64,000 nucleotides of DNA from Terriglobales bacterium (GCA_050012595.1 JBEKGW010000028.1:5387-69386); one strand, 5' to 3'; counted from the stretch's first letter, positions 19,561 to 28,443 are shown. Notes: a model not told the origin generated them from the letters alone. Numbers and translations are program-made.

Positions 19561-20898
19561 TTGCGGGCCTACCCTTCCCGCCATGTCAAAACTTTTCGCC
19601 GCGACCGTACTATGGAGCGAGTTGACCGACTCCGGCATGAATCCTCTCGCAGCCACACCTCTAAGTTTGGTTGGCGGATCAGTGCGACCCTTTTTTGCCT
19701 CGCTCTCGTCATCCTGGTCGTAACGCTCCTTGCGACAAGACTCCACACCATTGATCTCTCATCAATGTTGCTGGGGATTGCCCTGGCCACGTTCTGCGCC
19801 GTGCTCTTCTTCTTTTCCAGATCTTTGTTGGTGCTACGCGAACAGCAGAGGCAGACAGCCAGCGCCCTCGACACTACTGAAACTTCTCTTTTGGAGAGTG
19901 AGGAGCGGTTCCGGCAGATGGCCGACAACATCCAGGAAATCTTCTGGATGATCGATGCGGAAACCAAGAAGACCCTCTATGTCAATCCGGCCTACGAGAG
20001 CATCACAGGACGTCCTCGCGAAACACTCCAGGCGAACGCGCTTTCCTACGAAGAGCAAATCCATCCCGAGGATCGCGCCCAGGTGCTCCTCAAGCTTGAC
20101 GAGGCGACTCGGACCGGAGATTTTGACGAACGGTTCAGAATCGTGTTGCCCAGCGGAGACTCGCGCTGGGTATGGGTGCGCGGATTTCCCGTACGGGATG
20201 GCAAAGGCAGAATCCGTCGGCTTGTTGGAACCGCGCTGGACATTACCACACAGCAACACGCGGAAGAGGAAGTCACCAGAAACTTGGCGCTGGCCGAATC
20301 CGCTTGGGCTGAAGCAGACGCGATGCGCAAGGCCACATTGGCGCTGACTCAAGACCTCCGAATGGATAACGTTCTGGACACTTTGCTTCAGTCTCTCCTG
20401 GAACTGGTCCCCTACGAGTCCGCACAGATTTTGCTCCTTGAATCTGATTTCCGGTTGTTTGTGGCACGGGAAGCGCCCCGCCCTGACGCCACGAAACAGG
20501 CGGTGAAATACCCACTGACTTTCGACGCCGCCGACTTCCCGGTCATACAGCGAGTCCTGGTAAGTCAAAGCGGTCTCGTGGTCTCAGACACTAAGCAGGA
20601 ACGGGAATGGCGCGCTCTCAGGGGCTCCGGCCAATTGCGCTCCTGGCTTTGCGTTCCCTTAGTTGCCTCCCGCCAGACGCTGGGGCTGCTTTCCTTGGGT
20701 CACCCTGTTCCCGGCAGCTTTACTCAGGAACATCTGCGGCTGGCCAAATCGGTCGCGATTCCAGCCGCCGCGGCAATTCAGAACGCTCGTCTCTATGAGT
20801 GCGCGAAAATCTACGGTGCGGAACTCGAGAAACGCACCTCGGATCTCCAGGAGGCCCAGAGCGCACTCCAACGGTTCAAGAGTGATCGTCCTTCCTAG
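19561..20898 (+). CDS. Membrane-anchored PAS-GAF sensor protein without recognisable output domain
   Basis: Two hydrophobic segments, a PAS domain (ESEERFRQMADNIQEIFWMIDAE...VGTALDITTQQHAEE) and a GAF domain (...LCVPLVASRQTLGLLSLGH...). It ends after a short coiled coil with no HisKA/HATPase. Start is uncertain (TTG 19561 or ATG 19612). Confidence 0.85.
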   Translation: MRAYPSRHVKTFRRDRTMERVDRLRHESSRSHTSKFGWRISATLFCLALVILVVTLLATRLHTIDLSSMLLGIALATFCAVLFFFSRSLLVLREQQRQTASALDTTETSLLESEERFRQMADNIQEIFWMIDAETKKTLYVNPAYESITGRPRETLQANALSYEEQIHPEDRAQVLLKLDEATRTGDFDERFRIVLPSGDSRWVWVRGFPVRDGKGRIRRLVGTALDITTQQHAEEEVTRNLALAESAWAEADAMRKATLALTQDLRMDNVLDTLLQSLLELVPYESAQILLLESDFRLFVAREAPRPDATKQAVKYPLTFDAADFPVIQRVLVSQSGLVVSDTKQEREWRALRGSGQLRSWLCVPLVASRQTLGLLSLGHPVPGSFTQEHLRLAKSVAIPAAAAIQNARLYECAKIYGAELEKRTSDLQEAQSALQRFKSDRPS

Positions 20899-21318
20899 AG
20901 AATTGGCTGGGCAACAGGCCATTCCTCTGCTCTCGACTACGCAGTGCCCTCTCCTCTTCGATCGCCTCAATCCGCAGATGGAATGATGGAATGGTGAGAT
21001 CTTCACGATCAGGCCGGCACAGTGTTGGTGCTGAATGCCGGTTTGGCCGGAATCACGACCAGCAAGAAGAAAAATGACCGCAATCGTGACGCATTGATTC
21101 AGGATGTATCCCTTCTTTCCGGTCAACTACGGGGAAGGTACACAGAACCGCGACGACCAGCCGATCGATACCAGCCGTCGTGGACTCTTTTGGAGGCCGT
21201 TACCATGTCCAGCCCTAGACGAATCGCCTGCCTTGCCCAGGATCGTCGCACTTGCGGTCCTGACAGCACCCTCGCTCATCCTGCCATCGGTTCCCACTGT
21301 TAAAGACGGCGGTGCAGT

Positions 21319-21936
21319 ATGGGTAGCTCAGAAGCTCCGCTTTGGTGGGACAGAGACATCGACCGGACGGGAAGACCGATTCGACCGGATGTTCGAGCCG
21401 CTGCGCATGGAATTTGGGGCCGCGCCTGGAGGCGGGCACAATCTCTTATCGCCGACTGTAGCCAAGCCGCTGAACTCATGGAGAACAGCGTAGCGCAAGT
21501 ATCGCGATCCCTCGATCGAGAAAGTGTCTTGCTGTTCTCAAGGGAGATAGATGGTCTCCTGATGCTTGCGTTCCGGAGGGCTCTCTATCGCCACGCGGCC
21601 AAGCTCAAGCGGCTCGAAACCATCGGTGGGGCGGGCGAACTCTCCAGCCGGGCAGTCGACCGGACTTGGAGCCGCCAAGTTGACGCCCGCCTGGAGCTTG
21701 AACAAGTTGTGCGGCGGCTCTGCGAAAGAAGTCGTACGATCTTGGCGTTGCGCTATGCCGGCTACACTTGGAAAGAAGCTGCACGGCTGCTTGGATCATC
21801 CGTTCCTGCCTTGCGCAGCGCCTTCTGGCGTGACGTAGCCCGAGTGAAAAGCGAACTCAAGAACCATCGTGCGGGATCCGAAGGCCAAGCTAAGAACCAG
21901 CAGCAGAGTTCCACAAGCAATGACGCACGGTGCTAG
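21319..21936 (+). CDS. ECF-like sigma-70 family factor (divergent)
   Basis: Region-4 HTH RSRTILALRYAGYTWKEAARLLGSSVPALRSAFWRDVARV. Region-2-like AAELMENSVAQVSRSLDRES...LLMLAFRRALYRHAAK. The N-terminus and start are uncertain. Confidence 0.7.
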   Translation: MGSSEAPLWWDRDIDRTGRPIRPDVRAAAHGIWGRAWRRAQSLIADCSQAAELMENSVAQVSRSLDRESVLLFSREIDGLLMLAFRRALYRHAAKLKRLETIGGAGELSSRAVDRTWSRQVDARLELEQVVRRLCERSRTILALRYAGYTWKEAARLLGSSVPALRSAFWRDVARVKSELKNHRAGSEGQAKNQQQSSTSNDARC

Positions 21937-22680
21937 TCATGCAGTCGTTGCGAGATCGTCGCCGTACTCGTCTTCGTCGAGATCGAATTCCGGCGAATTC
22001 CTCGTCTGTTCTTCGTAGGCTGCCCGTTCTTTCTTGCTTTCCCTCACCGGCAACAGTTCTGCGTGGCTTGGCGGAAACACAAAGGCTTGGACAAAGTTGA
22101 GCCTGTCAATATTCAGCCTTCGACCCACGACCTCTTTACTGTGCTGTTTGCAAAACTCAGTGAAGTCATCTGCATCGATAATCTCTCTCTGCAGCTTGCC
22201 GGTCTGGACTACACGGCATTTCAACCAACCGAGCGTGATCCATCGCTGGACCTCGTGGGCCCGAATGCGCAGTGCCTCGGCGAGTGTGTATTTGGTAAAC
22301 CAGTCTTGTCCCATCCTGGCGCTGGCGCCGAGCCGGTACAACATGGACCGGATGGAACCTGGTGACCGTCGCATTGCAATGGCAACTTCTGGAAGGGGCT
22401 GCACCGCGATCAAGTCCAGCATCTTCTGTTGTGCTCCTTCTGGCCAATGACGGTATGGGCGCCTGCCCGCAATTCCAGACTGACGCATAAAACGCCAGCA
22501 AGCGTCTCTTGGGTTGCGCGAGACTTCCACCAACTTCGTGGCTAGCACTCGCACTTCGTTGTCAGAATTCTGCTCACGCGGTTGTGCCCGCTGGGCATCC
22601 AAGTGGATTCTCACCAACTCTCGGGCTTCCTTTGGCCAGCGGAAGGTGCGGCGCCTCCTGCCGGCGTGTTCCTCATCCAT
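21937..22680 (-). CDS. Hypothetical DNA-binding protein (two HTH-like segments)
   Basis: 247 aa. PEVAIAMRRSPGSIRSMLYRLG is sigma-region-4-like and YTLAEALRIRAHEVQRWITLGWL is MerR/excisionase-like. Its stop directly abuts the sigma gene stop. Confidence 0.65.
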   Translation of the reverse strand: MDEEHAGRRRRTFRWPKEARELVRIHLDAQRAQPREQNSDNEVRVLATKLVEVSRNPRDACWRFMRQSGIAGRRPYRHWPEGAQQKMLDLIAVQPLPEVAIAMRRSPGSIRSMLYRLGASARMGQDWFTKYTLAEALRIRAHEVQRWITLGWLKCRVVQTGKLQREIIDADDFTEFCKQHSKEVVGRRLNIDRLNFVQAFVFPPSHAELLPVRESKKERAAYEEQTRNSPEFDLDEDEYGDDLATTA

Positions 22681-22897
22681 AAATGCAAACGCTCTGGACT
22701 AAGACTTCAGAGGGTTTCCTCCTGCTTATATATGACTGCGACGCTAGAAAGTATCGCGTTCGTGAAAGGAGTTTTTGTCGGATTCACGAATTCAGATAGC
22801 TTTCCTCCAACGGAAGGCCGTATAAGAGGGCAGACAACGCAATTCTGGTCGCAATCGAGACCAGGCGTGCTACAAAGAATCAACTGAGGGGCGGATC

Positions 22898-23128
22898 GTG
22901 AGCCGCAAGGAACAGCTTGACGATTTGATCGCCGCATTCGGTCGCCGAGTGCACGAGGAACATCCCAATCCCGAACGTGTCGGTTGTCCGGGACAGCCAG
23001 CGCTGACAACGCTGGCAATGGAATCAGCGACCCTTTGTTCTGACTCCATCCTTGAGCATATTCGGAATTGCGCAGCTTGCCTCGACGAGTTGAAAGAACT
23101 GCGGCTGGCGACCAAACGGTCGCAATGA
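22898..23128 (+). CDS. Small ZAS-like (HxxxCxxC) putative anti-sigma domain protein, no TM segment
   Basis: 76 aa with a GTG start. CPGQPALTTLAMESATLCSDSILEHIRNCAACLDEL matches the zf-HC2 anti-sigma pattern. Confidence 0.55.
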   Translation: MSRKEQLDDLIAAFGRRVHEEHPNPERVGCPGQPALTTLAMESATLCSDSILEHIRNCAACLDELKELRLATKRSQ

Positions 23129-23192
23129 TAGAGACTTGTGGGATCAAGCGGCCGCCAGCGAACCGGGCCTCTGGTGCGCTGCCCGCCCATTA

Positions 23193-23480
23193 CGCACTGG
23201 GACCATCGGCAAACACGCCGCGGCCTGTGGCAACATTCACGAACCCGCCATGATATGACAGTCGGCCGTAGCGAAACAGCCGCACAAGCATTGCTAGGGA
23301 ACGATTGGCGAGCACTTGGTTCACAAACGGCTCCCACCGCTCCAAGGCCTCAACCGCGCTGCACAACGGCAGTTTGTCTCTCTTATCCAGTTTCGGCTCG
23401 ATGATCTCGGGGAAAAGCTCAGCAACAGTGGGCAGACGGCTTTCCGCCTTTTGGTTCTTCTGGTTCTCGGGGTCGTCAGA
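23193..23480 (-). other. 96 sense codons in frame directly after the TGA stop of the 186-aa gene (readthrough, split gene or separate non-ATG gene)
   Basis: Translation: SDDPENQKNQKAESRLPTVAELFPEIIEPKLDKRDKLPLCSAVEALERWEPFVNQVLANRSLAMLVRLFRYGRLSYHGGFVNVATGRGVFADGPSA, ending at TAA 23190-23192. Composition is protein-like. It fills an otherwise empty 350-bp gap. Confidence 0.3.
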
Positions 23481-24041
23481 TCAATTTTTCAGCAGCCTGC
23501 TGGATGAAAATTTGCCGAGTCGAAAGAGTGTTTCCGCCGTTCGCTCGTATTGATCTACCAAGGGCGGAAGCGATTGGCTTTGCAGGTCAGGCAATAGGAT
23601 TTCGGTCAGCAGGTGGAGGCAAGCCCCGATGGTTTGCAATCGAAGCCGAAAAGCACTTTCAGCAACCTGAGCGCCCGACGCTGCGATCTCCGGGTCGGAG
23701 CTTCGTTGCGCGGCTTCACCAACCTTGGCGAGCGCCGTCGCGGCGCTTCCCGCTTCCCAGGCATAGATGAGTGCTGCCCACGCGCGCTGTCGCTTGATCT
23801 CGCGGAACTTCTTGGGCGATAAATTATTGCGAAGAAACGTTTCCTCGGCTGAGTCGACCAGGTTTCTGAAGGCCTCAATGTCGAGAGACCGGAACGCCTG
23901 GACAGCTTTTTCTAAATCAACCCGGCGCGTGCGGCTGCGGATGGCGACATACACCAGGATCCCCAGCGCGAATAACGCCACGGCGACAAGAATCCAAGCG
24001 GCGATCAATGCTTGAGAAATTGTTGAAACTCCCTGTTCCAA
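23481..24041 (-). CDS. Single-pass membrane-anchored helical protein, unknown function
   Basis: 186 aa with an N-terminal TM segment ALIAAWILVAVALFALGILVYVAI followed by a helical cytoplasmic part. It overlaps the upstream gene by 37 nt. Confidence 0.65.
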   Translation of the reverse strand: MEQGVSTISQALIAAWILVAVALFALGILVYVAIRSRTRRVDLEKAVQAFRSLDIEAFRNLVDSAEETFLRNNLSPKKFREIKRQRAWAALIYAWEAGSAATALAKVGEAAQRSSDPEIAASGAQVAESAFRLRLQTIGACLHLLTEILLPDLQSQSLPPLVDQYERTAETLFRLGKFSSSRLLKN

Positions 24042-24772
24042 GTCTCCACCTCATCATGGGGAACAATCGTGAGGGACGCAGGGTCAACTTCGGGCGCCAG
24101 CACGTACCCGATCCAGATCGAAACACAAACGAGGTAGGTGCCGGTTATCAGTAAATCCAAAAAATCCGCTTCTACATCACTGGTGAGTTCCGCGCGAAGA
24201 GCAAACGTAGCAAGATCAACGCTGGTCAGGACTCCAAGACCAAGCGCGATCCCGAATGCGGAGCGACGCCAAGACAGACCCAGGAAGCGGGAAAAGAGCA
24301 ACAAGGCGAGGAGCAAGCCACATTGAACCATCGCTGCTCCCCGGTTGACGACTAATACACCGGCATACCACCTGGCACTATTGTCCCCGGGTGCATAGAC
24401 GCCGAGCAAAACACCCGTAACAAGCAGCAAACCTCCTACGCATTGCAGCGAACGCTTTGCTGCCACCTTCAGAAACGGGGATTCACGAAACAAATTCTTA
24501 GAAACCTCGTCAATCACCCCGAAGCGCAAAGCGATGCTAAGCAACAGCGTGGCGCAATAAGCATACCCATACTGCTTTCCAGCGCCCGGGATGGAATACA
24601 ACGCGAACAGCAGAATGAACTCGGCAATTTCGTAAAGCACATAGGCGAAAAAGACCGGGAATTCCCGGTGCAAGCGGCGCCGCCAAAGAATGACCGCAAG
24701 CACACCGAGGAGCGCGTGCGGCGTGATCCACAGGAAAAGCGACAGCACCGCGTGCCAATTCATTGGGAGCAT
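24005..24772 (-). CDS. Polytopic (6-7 TM) membrane protein, unknown function
   Basis: 255 aa with repeated hydrophobic segments. No catalytic motif recognised. Confidence 0.75.
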   Translation of the reverse strand: MLPMNWHAVLSLFLWITPHALLGVLAVILWRRRLHREFPVFFAYVLYEIAEFILLFALYSIPGAGKQYGYAYCATLLLSIALRFGVIDEVSKNLFRESPFLKVAAKRSLQCVGGLLLVTGVLLGVYAPGDNSARWYAGVLVVNRGAAMVQCGLLLALLLFSRFLGLSWRRSAFGIALGLGVLTSVDLATFALRAELTSDVEADFLDLLITGTYLVCVSIWIGYVLAPEVDPASLTIVPHDEVETWNREFQQFLKH

Positions 24773-24826
24773 TGCAGAGCACTATAGCTCTGACATCGCT
24801 CCTTTTCAACTTTGCCGCCCCGCAGG

Positions 24827-24964
24827 CTACTGCGATGTCGTGCAGCCCAGGAGGGTGCAAATGGGATTTCCACGGGGCGTGGGATTGCCATCGGCCATAC
24901 TTGGAAGCGCCGCGGTTGTCAGAAACAGGGTGATTGCAGCCAAAGCCAGCATGAATCGTTTCAC
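24827..24964 (-). CDS. Unannotated 45-codon secreted peptide precursor (21-aa mature peptide with CxxxxC)
   Basis: GTG start with AAGGAG 8 nt upstream. Translation VKRFMLALAAITLFLTTAALPSMA|DGNPTPRGNPICTLLGCTTSQ has a canonical n/h/c signal peptide with an SMA cleavage motif. It lies 54 nt upstream of the 255-aa membrane protein on the same strand. Too short for the ORF track. Confidence 0.55.
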   Translation of the reverse strand: MKRFMLALAAITLFLTTAALPSMADGNPTPRGNPICTLLGCTTSQ

Positions 24965-25072
24965 GGTTCGTTCTCCTTTGCGAAAGAATTCGCACCGTGA
25001 TACATTGCAGGCGGCAGAAGGGTTTTCTGTATTTAGTTAAGTTCCGATGACTTTTCGGAAATCGTAAATTCC

Positions 25073-25528
25073 ATGAGACTGAAATCCGCTCTCGAGGACT
25101 TTGAAGCGAATACCCTAGGCGCTGTCCCTGGGTTGTTGGGCAGACTTTCCTACGTGGGCAGATTGCATGACGGCAATGGGATCTACAATCACTGGGGCTT
25201 GGCGCAGGTGTATGGCGACGAGGCCGCAAAATGTGCCATCCGTGCGTCTCATCGGGAATTGCTCTCGGAGGTTTTGAAGAAACCTTTGGCTATGCTGCTC
25301 CAAGACGTGCCAGCGTCTTGCTCGAATGAGCAGCTAACGGAAAGGGAGTTCCTGGCTACGCTGGCGCAATCTTCACCTAAGCCTCTTTCCCCAGCTGCCC
25401 GGGCACATCTCGGGTCGGTGCTGAGCGCGCTTTCGGCATTGCTTGAAAGTCGGAATAATGCCAATCTCCGAGGCGCATCGCAACCCCCACAACCTGCCCA
25501 AGAATCTCGGCCTCCTGCGGGTATTTAA
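25073..25528 (+). CDS. Conserved hypothetical protein
   Basis: 151 aa with normal composition in the first about 100 aa (..YNHWGLAQVYGDEAAKCAIRASHRELL..). The low-complexity tail overlaps the convergent XRE gene. Confidence 0.6.
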   Translation: MRLKSALEDFEANTLGAVPGLLGRLSYVGRLHDGNGIYNHWGLAQVYGDEAAKCAIRASHRELLSEVLKKPLAMLLQDVPASCSNEQLTEREFLATLAQSSPKPLSPAARAHLGSVLSALSALLESRNNANLRGASQPPQPAQESRPPAGI

Positions 25529-26219
25529 CAACTCGAACCGGCACGGGAGACAGGGGATGCGGTTGCAAAACGATGGAGTCACGCTTGGTCGAGCACCAGC
25601 AACACGTATATCCATCGCGCATTTCCACAAAATAAACAGGACGCTCGAACTCCGAACGCCATATTCCTTCCCCTACCTTGTTCTTGGCTTCATCCACTTG
25701 CACGAAACTGCCCGGAGGAAGAATGGGATACATCGTGAAATCTTCCGATCCAATATACCCATATGTGTATCGGTCGTCTGCAAACAGCGCCAGGTAAGCC
25801 ATGGGCACAGTACCCCATTGCTCGATTGCACGTCTCAAGTCCGTCGTTTTCTGGAGCGAGAATCCTGGATCGAGCCTCGTCGGTATCCGCACTTGTCTGA
25901 CGTTGCTCAAAGCTTCGGACACATGAGACTTCTGCGGATGCCCAAAGCCGATGTCCGCTGAGATGCCGTCAAGTTCGAGGCCATAGAAGGACAGCAACTC
26001 CCGATACTCCCGCCGATAAATAGCCGCAAACGAATAGAGTCGAAAAATACTCGGGATTATGCCTTTGGTCTCGATGTCGGACAAGCGGCTGGGTGGAATT
26101 GCGAATTCCTCACTCTCAAATCTCTGCGCGATCTGATTACTGGCAAGTTCCACGTCCCGCATACGATATCCGAGGGTTTCTCGCAGCGCCCGCAGCCTCT
26201 GCCCACCGTTAAGTTGCAC
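25377..26219 (-). CDS. XRE-family HTH + S24 (LexA/CI-like) peptidase-domain repressor
   Basis: 280 aa with a GTG start. N-terminal HTH GQRLRALRETLGYRMRDVELASNQIA. The C-terminal beta domain has ...FTMYPILPPGSFVQVDE...STKRDSIVLQPHP..., resembling S24. Confidence 0.8.
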   Translation of the reverse strand: MQLNGGQRLRALRETLGYRMRDVELASNQIAQRFESEEFAIPPSRLSDIETKGIIPSIFRLYSFAAIYRREYRELLSFYGLELDGISADIGFGHPQKSHVSEALSNVRQVRIPTRLDPGFSLQKTTDLRRAIEQWGTVPMAYLALFADDRYTYGYIGSEDFTMYPILPPGSFVQVDEAKNKVGEGIWRSEFERPVYFVEMRDGYTCCWCSTKRDSIVLQPHPLSPVPVRVVKYPQEAEILGQVVGVAMRLGDWHYSDFQAMPKARSAPTRDVPGQLGKEA

Positions 26220-26493
26220 AACCGCCGACCTCTCGGGGACATTCTATCACCGGTTCCGATGGCGCAATGAACGCGAGCTTCCACTCGAATTTCCGGATTT
26301 TGGAACAGAAAAGAGCGCGTGGTTGCAGTGCAGTTCCTTCCGAAGGCATCCAGGCGGACACCACCGGTCGCACCAAGCGGGCCGGTCCCCCCAGGCATCT
26401 GTTCGGTTTTCGTAAAAGAAAATTCGCTGGCCAGTAAAGTAAAACAGCAGGCACATACCATTTCCGCTGTGTCAATGAGGTGGAAGGAACAGC

Positions 26494-28443
26494 ATGAACT
26501 CCCAGAACCCTTATTCCAACATGTCAATCGCCGTTGTTGTGTTTGCCTGCGCCGCTCTGCTCTCTCGTCAGCCATCTCAGGCCCAGCAGATCGGCTTCCC
26601 GGAGGATTGGAGCCACCGGCACGTTGTTTTCTCCAACCCCGGCACTTATCGAGAAGCGATAGAGAACGGCTCGTCCGAGAAATGGGTCAGGATCAATAAT
26701 GATCCACGCTTCATCATGCAGCGGATGAAACGTAACGCGGATGCATCGGCAAGCAGGACTCAGGAGATCACCGCTGCGCCTGTCAGCGAATTGAGAGCAC
26801 CCCCCCTGCGGACCCCACGGAGACTACCCCTGCGGGGCCGAAAGAAGAAAAAGCTAGCACCGTTGAGCCGGGATTGGAGCGTGAGTCTCGGCGCAGGGGG
26901 TGTCGCCGCAGGGCAGTATCCCGCAAAATTCACTTTCGCCCCAATCGGGACTCCGAGCTGTACTGCCGACTTCGCTGCATACGGTGTGAATGCCGCCGGC
27001 GCTTCCGGTACTCCCGGCCAGGCCAACATCGTAGGTTTTAACCAGCTTTACGTCAATTCGACTAATAGCGGCATTTGCGCTGGCACCGCGCCCACAGTGT
27101 ATTTTTCTTATTTTGTTGGCACCGGTAAGGTTCAGACTTCGCCGAGCCTTTCAAACGATGGCACCAAGATCGCGTACATAGAGAGCGTTGCTGGCGCTTC
27201 CAAGCTGCACGTGACTACCATAGGGACGACCGGGGGCAATGGCACAAGCGCCACCAGCCCAGTTGCGCCAGGAGTCGGAAACAATGCTGCCGACACTGCA
27301 ATAACTTTGAATGGCGGCGTCAACGTCAGCGTGTCTTCACCGTTTGTGGATTACGAAGACGACATAGCCTACGTCGGTGACGACAGCGGCAAATTGCACA
27401 AGTTTACGCCCGTCTTCAACGGCACGCCCGCGGAAGTTATCGGGGGCGGCACCGGCTGGCCCGTCACGGTGAGCGCGGCAATCCTCACCGGCCCGGTCTG
27501 GGACAGCGTTACTTCTAAAGTCTATGTCGGCGACTCCGCTGGCATCCTCTCTTCCGTAAGCACCTCCGGGACGGTTACGAGTTCCGGCACCCTGGCAGCC
27601 GGCGGGGGGATTGTGGACGCGCCCCTCCTCGACAGCGGCGCCGAGCGGGTGTACGTCTTCGTGGGAGAGAATACCGGCGCGCCGGGAGCCAGCGCGGTCG
27701 TTCAATTCAATATTTCCAGCGGCAACATCACCAGCGGCGGCACCGGTAGCGCAGAAACCCTGGGGACGGGCAACGGCACCACGCCGCTTTACATTGGGAT
27801 GTTCGACAACATTTATTTCTCTTCCGGCAGTGTGCCCGGCCCCACCGGGAATCTCTACACCTGCGGGAATACCGGCGGAAATCCTACCCTGTACCAGATC
27901 CCCATCTCCGCGGACGCGATGCAAACACCGGTTCCCGGACCCGTTCTGGCCAACGCGGCGGGAGCGGGATGCTCGCCGGTCAGCGAAAATTTCAATTCGC
28001 CCGACGATTGGATCTTCGTGGCCGTACCGTCCAACTCTTGCGGAGCGACAAACGGGGCCACGGCGGGCGGTTGCCTCATGAGTTTCAATGTTGCGAGCGC
28101 TGCGCCCACGATTGGCCCATGGTTGCCCTCGTATGCTTATGTCCTCAACAATGAGGTGGTAGACACCAACGGCAACATTCAGAAGGTTTTTACTGCCGGT
28201 ACAAGCGGTACTTCCGCGCCAAGTTGGAACACGAGCGGCCACACGGGGGATGGCCCCGTGGTCTGGGATTACGTGAGCGCAAGCAATGGTCAGACGACCG
28301 CCGCACAGCCGACAGGTACGAGCGGAATCGTCATCGATAACGTCAGCGCTTTAGGCGGGACTTCAAACATCTATTTTGGTGCCTTAAGTGGAACGGGCAC
28401 CACCAACTCGGCAGTGAAAATGACTCAAGCGGGGTTGCAATGA
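26494..28443 (+). CDS. Secreted 649-aa repeat protein (beta-propeller-like), unknown function
   Basis: Signal peptide SIAVVVFACAALLSRQPSQA. Recurrent ..YVGDDSGKLHKF.. / ..VYVGDSAGILSS.. strand motifs. Gly/Thr/Ser-rich. GGAAGGAA lies upstream of the ATG. Confidence 0.85.
   Translation: MNSQNPYSNMSIAVVVFACAALLSRQPSQAQQIGFPEDWSHRHVVFSNPGTYREAIENGSSEKWVRINNDPRFIMQRMKRNADASASRTQEITAAPVSELRAPPLRTPRRLPLRGRKKKKLAPLSRDWSVSLGAGGVAAGQYPAKFTFAPIGTPSCTADFAAYGVNAAGASGTPGQANIVGFNQLYVNSTNSGICAGTAPTVYFSYFVGTGKVQTSPSLSNDGTKIAYIESVAGASKLHVTTIGTTGGNGTSATSPVAPGVGNNAADTAITLNGGVNVSVSSPFVDYEDDIAYVGDDSGKLHKFTPVFNGTPAEVIGGGTGWPVTVSAAILTGPVWDSVTSKVYVGDSAGILSSVSTSGTVTSSGTLAAGGGIVDAPLLDSGAERVYVFVGENTGAPGASAVVQFNISSGNITSGGTGSAETLGTGNGTTPLYIGMFDNIYFSSGSVPGPTGNLYTCGNTGGNPTLYQIPISADAMQTPVPGPVLANAAGAGCSPVSENFNSPDDWIFVAVPSNSCGATNGATAGGCLMSFNVASAAPTIGPWLPSYAYVLNNEVVDTNGNIQKVFTAGTSGTSAPSWNTSGHTGDGPVVWDYVSASNGQTTAAQPTGTSGIVIDNVSALGGTSNIYFGALSGTGTTNSAVKMTQAGLQ

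Noticed and set aside
20930-21300. Receiver-domain-like peptide motifs on the minus strand downstream of the PAS-GAF gene (..PVVDRKEG.., ..IAVIFLLAGRD.., ..IVKISPF..)
   Set aside because: The motifs are spread over three frames, lack a hydrophobic beta1-DD segment and are too weak to call a pseudogene.
21104-21493. Alternative frame upstream of and overlapping the sigma gene start (..DRFDRMFEPLRMEF..) that looks like an ECF region-2.1 start, suggesting a 1-nt deletion near the TTTGGGG run at about 21410
   Set aside because: This is based only on a by-eye resemblance of about 12 residues. The annotated frame has its own ATG, and the case cannot be supported without a profile alignment.
23440-23483. 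SECIS-like structure after the in-frame TGA
   Set aside because: There is only a 5-bp GGCGG-AAAG-CCGUC hairpin about 33 nt downstream. Its spacing and shape do not match bacterial SECIS elements.
27337-28242. 301-aa minus-strand ORF
   Set aside because: Antisense to the signal-peptide-bearing 649-aa gene. Arg/Gly/Ala-rich.
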